Assembly: GCF_001412615.1 (NCBI RefSeq)
Contig: NZ_CP013011.1
Coordinates: forward strand, 1,530,001-1,562,000
Direction: 5' to 3'
Source of the DNA: Pyrodictium delaneyi
Lineage (GTDB): Archaea > Thermoproteota > Thermoprotei_A > Sulfolobales > Pyrodictiaceae
DNA: 32,000 nucleotides
Part shown: positions 1 through 7,150 of the stretch, one piece after another
Layout: the number at the start of each line of letters is the position of its first letter
Numbering within the stretch: position 1 is the first letter of the stretch
Notes under the pieces: model-generated
The model's database searches: none
What the model saw: only the letters and a program-made list of their open reading frames with translations
Told to the model about the DNA's origin: nothing
Translations under genes and position numbers: made by a program

Positions 1-1
1 C

Positions 2-901
2 GAGGGTGACCCACTCTTTAATGAACTGCCTCGTGGCAGCCAGGTTGTCGTCATACCTCTAGATTCCTCGTTCAATGTCCCTAGGAGCGTGAGCAAGAGA
101 GTAGAGCTTCTAGAGCGTCTCGTAAAGCGTGCACAGCAGAAGGGCCTCGTACCCATAGCCGATCCTATGGTTGACCCACCGGGATGGGGACTTGCAAGGA
201 GCGTAGCAGCTTACCTTGAGGCTTCTGAGAGGCTCCCCGAGACGCCGCTGCTAGCTGGCATAGCTAACGCTTACGAGCTGATAGACGCTGATAGCCACGG
301 CCAGGTGGCTGTGTTGACACAGTTGTTCGCCGAGGCCGGCGCCTCGTTGATGCTAGTCACCGAGGAGAGTAGGAAGACCGTTATGGCGACCACAGAGGCA
401 GCCATAGCGGCAACCATGACTAGCGTATCTCTACTGAAGAATAGGTGGCCGAAGGACTTAGGTATAGACTTGCTCTACGCCAAGGAGAAGAGACCTAGCG
501 GAGACCAACCCCGGCTGCCCAGGCGCCCCCGACTATCCCTAGACGCCAATACCCTAGCAGCCTGGTACGGGTTCCGTCAGGACCGCACTGGCAGCCACCT
601 CATAGTAGTCGAAGGCGACACTATAAGAGACGTGTATATCGGGAGGAGGGGCGTCATAGAGCTGCGGGGCAGCAACGGCCGAGATCTCTACAAGGCTGTA
701 GCCTATCTTGGACTCGCCAGCGAGCCTAGTCATTACGCTTATCTGGGCTACGAGTTGTGCCGCGCAGAGCTAGCAGCAATCATGAAGAGGAGCTATGTAC
801 AGGACGAGCCGCTCCTAACGCCACCGTGGATGCGATGTAGCTGGTATAGTGCTAGAGCCATGAGCCCCATTAAACCTATAGGACAAAGAGAGAAAAGATG
901 A
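2..901 (+). CDS. 5'-partial pterin-binding / dihydropteroate-synthase-like protein with a DUF4346-like C-terminal module
   Basis: The track ORF starts at GTG 89, but the same frame has no stop back to nt 2 (EGDPLFNELPRGSQVVVIPLDSSFNVPRS then VSKRVELL...). The gene therefore probably starts upstream of the window. The C-terminal part (HLIVVEGDTIRDVYIGRRG...HYAYLGYELCRAELAAIMKRSYVQDEPL) resembles the DUF4346 module fused to archaeal DHPS-like proteins. The family call is from memory of its motifs. Confidence 0.5.
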   Translation, partial: EGDPLFNELPRGSQVVVIPLDSSFNVPRSVSKRVELLERLVKRAQQKGLVPIADPMVDPPGWGLARSVAAYLEASERLPETPLLAGIANAYELIDADSHGQVAVLTQLFAEAGASLMLVTEESRKTVMATTEAAIAATMTSVSLLKNRWPKDLGIDLLYAKEKRPSGDQPRLPRRPRLSLDANTLAAWYGFRQDRTGSHLIVVEGDTIRDVYIGRRGVIELRGSNGRDLYKAVAYLGLASEPSHYAYLGYELCRAELAAIMKRSYVQDEPLLTPPWMRCSWYSARAMSPIKPIGQREKR

Positions 902-921
902 GGGATGGCAGGAGCCAGAGG

Positions 922-1095
922 CTAGCCCTGCTGCGCCTCTGCAGCCTCTGTAGCTGGCTTAATTACGAGACTGCGGCCTTTCCACTCGTAGCGCCCAGCC
1001 TTTAGTGCCTCGAGTATCTCGCGGGCCTTCTTGTCGTTAGGATGCTTGCGTAGGTGGCGTTCGAGCCTCTTTATGAGACGTAGCTTCCGGCTCAT
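922..1095 (-). CDS. Small basic hypothetical protein (57 aa from the internal ATG)
   Basis: The ORF 922..1185 contains an internal ATG at 1095 giving MSRKLRLIKRLERHLRKHPNDKKAREILEALKAGRYEWKGRSLVIKPATEAAEAQQG. This is Lys/Arg-rich and helical-looking. The 30 aa upstream of it (GTRPHSPRGEGSVYAAPANTLPPRPGW) look non-coding. I recognise no family. Confidence 0.4.
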   Translation of the reverse strand: MSRKLRLIKRLERHLRKHPNDKKAREILEALKAGRYEWKGRSLVIKPATEAAEAQQG

Positions 1096-1221
1096 AGCCT
1101 TCCACCCAGGTCTAGGCGGCAGAGTGTTAGCCGGGGCGGCATAAACACTACCCTCTCCCCTGGGGCTGTGAGGACGCGTTCCCACGAAGGACTGTCCGGT
1201 TGCGGCCTAGGCCCCTTGGAA

Positions 1222-1989
1222 CTATGGGGCCGGTGGCCGTAACCCCCCTTCGCCGAGCCCGCCTTCCGCTAGCCGCCTCCTAGTAGCCACTACCATGTCC
1301 GGGTAGTCTGTCGCTATCCCATCCACGCCCCGTTTCGCCAGCTCTAGTACCCAATGTTCCTCGTTGACAGTCCAGGCCACTACGCGTAGGCCTAGCCGAT
1401 GAGCCAGCCCCACCGCCTTGGCCGTAGCTAGGGGGTATCTCGGGAGCACTATACGGCAGCCCAGTTTGCGGCAATCGAGTATCCTTCCAGGCGGCCGGAA
1501 GTAGATGATACCCGTGGGCAACCCTGGCTCGAGCCGACGCGCCGCGTGGAGGACATCATCATGGAAGCTTATCAATGCGGCCATGTCTAGGGCGTTCTCC
1601 TTCCTCAAGACCTCTATTATCCTACTTGTGTCTCTCGGCTCCTTGACCTCTAGGAAGAGGAGTATTCGGCCACGCGCCTCCTCTATGATTTCCTCAAGCG
1701 TCGGCGGTGCTTCGCCTCCTCCTAGATCTATGCTCTTTACCTCAGCTAGGCTAGCCTTCCTGACATCGATTGTTCTGCCACCGTTGCTGCGTAGTACTGG
1801 GTCATGGGAGGCAACGACAGCACCGTCACCGGTTACCTGTAGGTCGAACTCCGCTATATCCGCTCCCACCTCTACAGCCTTACGGAGCGCGGCTAGGGTG
1901 TTCTCGGGGGCTAGGCCACGGGCACCACGATGCCCAATTACGGCGAAGGGCCTACGGCTCAACATCTCTAGAACCGGGTGCAGCAGCAT
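1222..1989 (-). CDS. Glycerophosphodiester phosphodiesterase (GDPD/UgpQ family)
   Basis: FAVIGHRGARGLAPENTLAALRKAVEVGADIAEFDLQVTGDGAVVASHDPVL is the canonical GDPD N-terminal motif set (HRG..ENT..E.D...DG..V..HD). The ORF stays open to 2082, but the family N-terminus fits a start at Met 1989 (MLLHPVLEMLSRRPF) or Met 1965. Confidence 0.85.
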   Translation of the reverse strand: MLLHPVLEMLSRRPFAVIGHRGARGLAPENTLAALRKAVEVGADIAEFDLQVTGDGAVVASHDPVLRSNGGRTIDVRKASLAEVKSIDLGGGEAPPTLEEIIEEARGRILLFLEVKEPRDTSRIIEVLRKENALDMAALISFHDDVLHAARRLEPGLPTGIIYFRPPGRILDCRKLGCRIVLPRYPLATAKAVGLAHRLGLRVVAWTVNEEHWVLELAKRGVDGIATDYPDMVVATRRRLAEGGLGEGGLRPPAP

Positions 1990-2115
1990 CCACCCCTCCA
2001 GGGATACAGCTACACGTAAAGAGGCCAGGGGCGTTATACCTGCTCCGAGAGAAATAGCTCCATGGAGAGGATGACAAAACACGCCACATTGTAATTGGGT
2101 GGGACACTATAAACT

Positions 2116-3150
2116 CTAGTGTTCCAAGAGCTGCGCTAGTCTCTTGGCTATATTCTCCGCGACGTCCATTGTCTTGGCGTTACCGCCCAAGTCTGGCGTC
2201 AGTACCCGGTCCTCTACGAGCGTAGCCTCTATTGCCTTGTCGAGGCTCTTGGCTGCCCTAGCTAGGTAGGGGTCGCTATGTTTCTGGGCTAGATACTCCA
2301 TCATGAGCCTGGCTGCGTGTATGGCTGCTACCGGGTTTGCGATACCCTTGCCCGCTATGTCGAAGCCAGCGCCGTGTACCGGCTCGAAGACCGCGTAGCG
2401 CTCGCCTATCTGGCCAGAGCCGCAGAGTCCTAGGCTCCCGGCCAGCCCGGCGGCGAGGTCGCTCAAGATATCGCCGTAGAGGTTCATGGTGACTAGTACC
2501 TGGAGCTTCTCCGGGGTCCGCGCCATGTTGTAGGCTGCCGCGTCTACGATGAGGTCGTCAGACTGTATCTCGGGGTATTCTTTGGCTATCTCGCGGAACA
2601 CCTGGAGAAAGAGGCCGTCGCTGAGCTTGAGTATGTTGGCCTTGTGGACTGCTGTGACCCTCTTGAACCCGTTGGCCCTGGCGTACTCGAAGGCAAACCG
2701 TATTATCCTCTCTGAGCCATGCCGCGTCACTATCTTGACTGCTAGCGCTTGGTCGCGGAATACACCCTCTATGCCGGCATATAGGCCCTCAGTATTCTCG
2801 CGCACAATTACCATGTTGAAGACTCGCGGCGAGATCCCCTGGTAGCCCCTACAGGGGCGAAGGTTCGCGTAGAGGTCTAGGCTCTGCCTTATGTAGACGT
2901 TTATGCTTCGATACCCGCTTGGCCCTACTGGTGTAGCTAGAGGACCCTTTAGCGTCGCATCGGCTGCACGGAGCCGGTCTAGGAAGTCGTCAGGGAACGG
3001 TTTACCGGTCCGGTTGTAGTAGGCGAGGCCTGCCTCTACCTCTTCTATGTCGAAGACGCCCACAACGTCTAGTACGCGGCGCGCTGCTGCTGTTACCTCG
3101 GGGCCTATACCATCGCCAGGTATGAGCACTATGTGATAGCGTCGTGCCAT
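2116..3150 (-). CDS. Beta-decarboxylating dehydrogenase of the isocitrate/isopropylmalate/homoisocitrate family, with an isocitrate-type substrate motif
   Basis: N-terminus is HIVLIPGDGIGPEV. GPLATPVGPSGYRSINVYIRQSLDLYANLRPC has the Ser-x-Asn...Arg...Arg spacing. Also present are VRENTEGLY and NLYGDILSDLAAGLAGSLG. A GGTGA Shine-Dalgarno motif lies 7 nt upstream, and the start is 7 nt from the stop of the LeuD-type gene. Confidence 0.9.
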   Translation of the reverse strand: MARRYHIVLIPGDGIGPEVTAAARRVLDVVGVFDIEEVEAGLAYYNRTGKPFPDDFLDRLRAADATLKGPLATPVGPSGYRSINVYIRQSLDLYANLRPCRGYQGISPRVFNMVIVRENTEGLYAGIEGVFRDQALAVKIVTRHGSERIIRFAFEYARANGFKRVTAVHKANILKLSDGLFLQVFREIAKEYPEIQSDDLIVDAAAYNMARTPEKLQVLVTMNLYGDILSDLAAGLAGSLGLCGSGQIGERYAVFEPVHGAGFDIAGKGIANPVAAIHAARLMMEYLAQKHSDPYLARAAKSLDKAIEATLVEDRVLTPDLGGNAKTMDVAENIAKRLAQLLEH

Positions 3151-3157
3151 TCCTGCT

Positions 3158-3670
3158 TCACCAGGGGAGCCGGTTCATCTTCTTAATGTACTCTACTATC
3201 CCGCCCGCCTCGAGTATCTCTAGGAGCTGTTGCGGCGGCGGCTGGAACCTCTCCTCAACACCCTTAGTCACGTTGCGTACCACGCCTACCTCAAGGTCTA
3301 CCTCTATCTCGTCGCCCTGCTCAGTGACCTCTGGGATCCTCTGGACTATTATCACGGGCAGGCCTATGTTTATCGAGTTCCTGTAGAATATCCTGTGGAA
3401 GCTCTTAGCGAGCACCGCACCGACGCCGGCAAGCTTGAGGAGCCTGGGTGCGTGCTCGCGGCTGCTGCCGTAGCCGAAGCCACGGCCTGCTACTATCACG
3501 TCGCCTGGCTGAACTTTCTTGTAGAACTCCGGTATAACCTCCTCGAAGACGTAGGGGAGCATATCCTCTAGCTTGTTTATCTTAGCGAACTTGTATTTAC
3601 CGCTTATAATGTGGTCTGTGCTTATGTTGTCACCTAGTACCCATGCTCTTCCACGGATAACCCTAGCCAT
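3158..3670 (-). CDS. leuD: Small subunit of an aconitase-superfamily hydro-lyase (LeuD/HacB type)
   Basis: MARVIRGRAWVLGDNISTDHIISGKYKF... and VIVAGRGFGYGSSREHAP are typical of archaeal LeuD-type small subunits. GAGGTGA lies 7 nt upstream of the ATG. Substrate (isopropylmalate, homocitrate or citrate) is not resolved. Confidence 0.9.
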   Translation of the reverse strand: MARVIRGRAWVLGDNISTDHIISGKYKFAKINKLEDMLPYVFEEVIPEFYKKVQPGDVIVAGRGFGYGSSREHAPRLLKLAGVGAVLAKSFHRIFYRNSINIGLPVIIVQRIPEVTEQGDEIEVDLEVGVVRNVTKGVEERFQPPPQQLLEILEAGGIVEYIKKMNRLPW

Positions 3671-3693
3671 GGATACTCACCTCTCCTCCATTG

Positions 3694-5052
3694 TTAGGGC
3701 TTGAAACTGTACGAGGGATCTACAACCATCAGCCTAGCATCAGCGGGCAAGAAGTCTCGGGGGTCTGTTATCCGCCCGGTCACAGCAGCTGCTGCAGCTG
3801 TTGCAGGACTTGCTAGGTAGACCTTCGACTCCTTATGGCCCATGCGGCCGGTGAAGTTCCTGTTAGTCGTCGATACTGCTACTTCGCTCTCGCCGAGGAG
3901 ACCTAGGTGCGCGCCTATGCATGGACCACATGTACCGAATGCCACGAAGCAGCCGGCCTCAACTAGTATATCTATTATGCCGTTGCGTAGTAGCCTTTCG
4001 TAGACTTTACGCGACGCTGGCACGGCTATGCAGCGTACACCCTCCTTCACCTTGCGACCCTTGAGTATCCTTGCGGCCGCGACGTAGTCCTCGTAGCGGC
4101 CGTTGGTGCAGCTCCCTATGAACACTTGGTCTACCTCTATGCCTTCTACTTCGCGGACTGGCTTCACGTTGTCAACGTTAGGCGGCGCAGCTACTATCGG
4201 CTCGAGGCGTGGGAGCTCTAGCTCTAGTTCCTCGTCGTACTCGGCTCCTGCGTCGGGCTCTAGGAGTGGTACTTCGATGCCGTGGTTTGCACGGTACCAT
4301 TCTCGTGTCACGGCATCGGAAGGGAAGAGGCCAACTTTTGCGCCCATCTCTACTGCCATATTGCTGATTGTCATCCTGGAGTCCATTGATATACTCTTCA
4401 AGCCCTCGCCCTGGAACTCGACAGCTTTGTATATCATACCGTCAGAGCGTACCATACCTATGATCGTGAGTACTATGTCCTTACCCATTATGTAGCCAGG
4501 TGCTTCTCCGCTCAGCTTGAGCCTTACCTGCTCAGGGACGCGCATCCACAACTTACCTGTAGCCATTGCTATAGCTGCGTCTGTGCTTCCTACACCTGTA
4601 GCGAAGGCGGCAAAGGCGCCCCCAGTGACTGTATGGCTATCTGCACCTACCACGAACATACCAGGTTTTATGAGGCCCTCGTCGGCTACCACTTGGTGGC
4701 TTATCCCAGTGCCTACGTCAAAGAGTCTTACACCATGCTCTTTGGCGAAGCGCCTCATTACGCGGTGTACTAGCGCAGCCGCTACAGTTGGAGCTGGCGC
4801 TGCATGGTCTATGAAGAGTGCTACACGCTTAGGGTCGAAGACGCGGCTCAACAATGGAGTTTCCTTCATGACGTCTAGTGCTAGCGTGAATGTACCGTCA
4901 TGTGCATATACTAGGTCTATAGGTACTACTACTATCTCTCCGGTTTCCGGCACTCTGCCAAGCTTAGCCTCGAACAGCTTCTCCGTTAAGGTGCGCGGCT
5001 TACTCAAGCCTATCCCCTCGGTTCCGGCTTCTACGACTTGCAGGGCATACAC
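3694..5052 (-). CDS. leuC: Large subunit of an aconitase-superfamily hydro-lyase (LeuC/HacA type)
   Basis: RTLTEKLF...DLVYAHDGT, GADSHT, IGSCTNGRYEDY and FGTCGPCIG (Fe-S ligand motifs) are all present. The track start is GTG 5052. An in-frame TTG giving MSKPRTLTEKLF about 16 codons downstream fits the family N-terminus better. Confidence 0.9.
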   Translation of the reverse strand: MYALQVVEAGTEGIGLSKPRTLTEKLFEAKLGRVPETGEIVVVPIDLVYAHDGTFTLALDVMKETPLLSRVFDPKRVALFIDHAAPAPTVAAALVHRVMRRFAKEHGVRLFDVGTGISHQVVADEGLIKPGMFVVGADSHTVTGGAFAAFATGVGSTDAAIAMATGKLWMRVPEQVRLKLSGEAPGYIMGKDIVLTIIGMVRSDGMIYKAVEFQGEGLKSISMDSRMTISNMAVEMGAKVGLFPSDAVTREWYRANHGIEVPLLEPDAGAEYDEELELELPRLEPIVAAPPNVDNVKPVREVEGIEVDQVFIGSCTNGRYEDYVAAARILKGRKVKEGVRCIAVPASRKVYERLLRNGIIDILVEAGCFVAFGTCGPCIGAHLGLLGESEVAVSTTNRNFTGRMGHKESKVYLASPATAAAAAVTGRITDPRDFLPADARLMVVDPSYSFKP

Positions 5053-5086
5053 GACGGGAATATGGCTCGGAGGGGCCTAATTCGAC

Positions 5087-5167
5087 GACAGACGGTCCGC
5101 CTCTGTATCCCGTCTCAGTAAAGCCCCGGGGACAATCCCTTGACGAGCTTCTACGCCCCTGGGGCTT
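5087..5167 (-). promoter_or_regulatory. Two strong hairpins in the 198-nt spacer between the synthase gene and the LeuC-type gene (possible leader, attenuator or processing element)
   Basis: The first stem pairs 5121-5131 (AAGCCCCGGGG) with 5156-5167 (CCCCTGGGGCTT): 11 bp, one bulge, 24-nt loop. The second pairs AGACGG (5090-5095) with CCGTCT (5110-5115). On the minus strand a TATA-like AAAATAACGTATATAG lies at about 5190-5215, upstream of both. Confidence 0.3.
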
Positions 5168-5250
5168 CACCCAGACCCACAGTTATAACTCTATATACGT
5201 TATTTTCCTCAGAGTCTTCACATAATCCGTAGTGATAAAACGAGGAATGT

Positions 5251-6657
5251 CTAAGATCGGGTCTTGCCCTGGATCTCGGGAAAGTAGCGTTCTACTATAC
5301 GTGTCATTTCCTCGTCACTGAGCGGTGTGTGACGCCCACTTTCTTCGAACAACTTCACAACCTCTCTGTAGATGGCTTCGACGCGCGGATCATCCTTGTC
5401 TATAGACTCAGCTAGCTTCTCAGGCAGCCGGCTACGCAGCCACATGACTATAGCTGCGCGACCCCCATAGGCTGTGACAGCTATGTCTGCTCTCCTCCCG
5501 ACAATACCTGGGTCGAATGGCAGGTAGACCTCCGGGTTCTTCAACAAGCCGTCAATATGCACCCCTGCCTTTGTCCGGAAGGCGTTGCGGCCGACCAAGG
5601 GCTGGTACTCTGGCACACTGTATCCCATCTCCTCGAGAACCTCGACCACTCTGGGCAACGCCTCTAAGTTAACCCTGTCTAATCTGCCAGTAAGCCCCAC
5701 ATAGTGTAGCAGCATTACTTCTAGCGGACAGTTACCAGCTCTCTCACCTATACCCAGCAGCGTACAATTGCTCATACCAGCACCGTGCAACCATGCAGCA
5801 AGATGGTTCGCCACCACTAGTCCTAGGTCGTTGTGACCGTGGAACTCTATCTGCTCTGCTGCTAGTCCTATCTCGCGCAGAGCCTCTACGAGTGCTGGTA
5901 TCCCGCGCGGCGGCGCGATCTCTGGGAAGGGTAGGCCTAGGCCTAGCGTGTCTGCCACCTTTACGCGGAATGTTACACCGTAGCGCTCGCTTAGAGCAAT
6001 GAGTTTCTCGACAAAGGGAATGATGTTCCTCTCTAGGCTAGCCCTCGTAGCATCCTCGAGGGTACAGCGCACCACTATACCGCGCTTCATAGCCTCCTCC
6101 ACTACGGTTAGGTACTTGGTGAACGCCTTGTCCCTTGTCACGCCAAATTTATAGTAGATGTGATAGTCGCTTATACTCGTCAGCATTGTAGTCTCCTCGA
6201 GCCCAGCTTCGAGGACTAGTTTAAGGTCGTTCATTGTTGCTCGTATCCAGCCTATCGGCTTAGGGTACTCTGCACCATACTCCCTTATCCTCTTCACTAG
6301 CTCCCGGTCCCTCGGCGTGTATAGGAATAACTCAGCTGAGGCTATTGCACCACGGCCTCCAAGCTCTACTAGCAGCTCGTAGATCCTTAGTCCTTCCTCG
6401 ACTGTTATCGGCCGCCAGCCTTGTTGACCATCTCTCAGCGTTGTATCAGTCACTACTATCCTGTCTGGTTCAAACCATCCAGGCGCCTCCCCATCGAACA
6501 TTATACGGGGAGGTTCACTGTACGGAAATACGTCACGGTACAGCTCCAAGCCTGCTACGTCCGTAAAACCGCACCACCCCCAGGTACTGGCAGAGAAGGC
6601 TAGGAATAACGGTGTGCCCCTAAGGATAGGGGTCAGCGGGTAGACCGTGTAGGGCAA
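5251..6657 (-). CDS. DRE-TIM acyl-CoA:2-oxoacid condensing enzyme (IPMS / homocitrate / Re-citrate synthase family), with no LeuA regulatory domain
   Basis: VVTDTTLRDGQQG (RDGQQ is encoded at nt 6421-6435), ...EDATRA..., ADTLGLG and FHGHNDLGLVVANHLAA. The N-terminal extension reads FPYSEPPRIMFDGEAPGWFEPDRI. The start is an uncertain TTG at 6657. Confidence 0.85.
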   Translation of the reverse strand: MPYTVYPLTPILRGTPLFLAFSASTWGWCGFTDVAGLELYRDVFPYSEPPRIMFDGEAPGWFEPDRIVVTDTTLRDGQQGWRPITVEEGLRIYELLVELGGRGAIASAELFLYTPRDRELVKRIREYGAEYPKPIGWIRATMNDLKLVLEAGLEETTMLTSISDYHIYYKFGVTRDKAFTKYLTVVEEAMKRGIVVRCTLEDATRASLERNIIPFVEKLIALSERYGVTFRVKVADTLGLGLPFPEIAPPRGIPALVEALREIGLAAEQIEFHGHNDLGLVVANHLAAWLHGAGMSNCTLLGIGERAGNCPLEVMLLHYVGLTGRLDRVNLEALPRVVEVLEEMGYSVPEYQPLVGRNAFRTKAGVHIDGLLKNPEVYLPFDPGIVGRRADIAVTAYGGRAAIVMWLRSRLPEKLAESIDKDDPRVEAIYREVVKLFEESGRHTPLSDEEMTRIVERYFPEIQGKTRS

Positions 6658-7107
6658 AGGGTGCTAATAACTTGCCGGAGTTAACGCCCGGACTAGTGAC
6701 CGGTGGGACTAATGCCTGGAGACGGATTCCGTACTAGAAGTGTAGAAGCCAGCACTTGAATTGTGACGGGTGTCTAGGATTTAACTCCTCTGTACATTCT
6801 TAGATACAGTTTCGGTACACAGACTCTATGATAGGTGCTGTTTCTGTTACACCCTTGACCTTGAGGCGAACAATAAGCTATCAATCAATTGACTCTGTTG
6901 TTTATCCAGCGTACGCCTGTACGACTATAACTTGCGAATATCCGTACATAGTATACTGTATATACCCGCAGCTAACCCAAGAGGTTGTGATCAAGAGAGA
7001 CAATATGTCATAGACCTAATAGGCTAGACCGTGACTGAGGAATACACGGTAGTCTCGAGGGGCTGCAGGCCCGCCTCGAGGCGAGAAACTGTAGGAGAGG
7101 GTCTGCT

Positions 7108-7112
7108 AAAAA
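7108..7112 (-). terminator. T5 tract about 40 nt downstream of the KamA-like stop, followed by a 9-bp hairpin (7052-7082)
   Basis: The minus strand reads ccagTTTTTagc. The hairpin pairs gtCTCGAGG (7052-7060) with CCTCGAGgc (7074-7082). Archaeal termination at oligo-T is established, but function here is inferred. Confidence 0.3.
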
Positions 7113-7150
7113 CTGGTTATGCTGTTTTCGAGGAGCTTGTTGTACGGGGG

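Noticed and set aside
1096-1185. The N-terminal 30 aa of track ORF 922..1185.
   Set aside because: The Pro/Gly/Arg-rich stretch before the internal ATG looks non-coding. The basic helical protein starting at Met 1095 is the more plausible product, though neither start is verified.
1505-2074. Long antisense or alternate-frame ORFs inside well-supported genes: 1505..2074, 1770..2057, 2549..2845, 3230..3571, 4103..4495, 4517..5080, 9550..10089, 12523..12789, 20241..20549, 20718..20990, 24068..24444, 26143..26565, 29393..29698, 30538..30804 and 31734..31997.
   Set aside because: Each lies wholly within a gene that has strong family motifs on the other strand or in another frame. Their products are Ser/Arg/Pro/Leu-rich with no motifs, as expected for shadow ORFs in GC-biased coding DNA.
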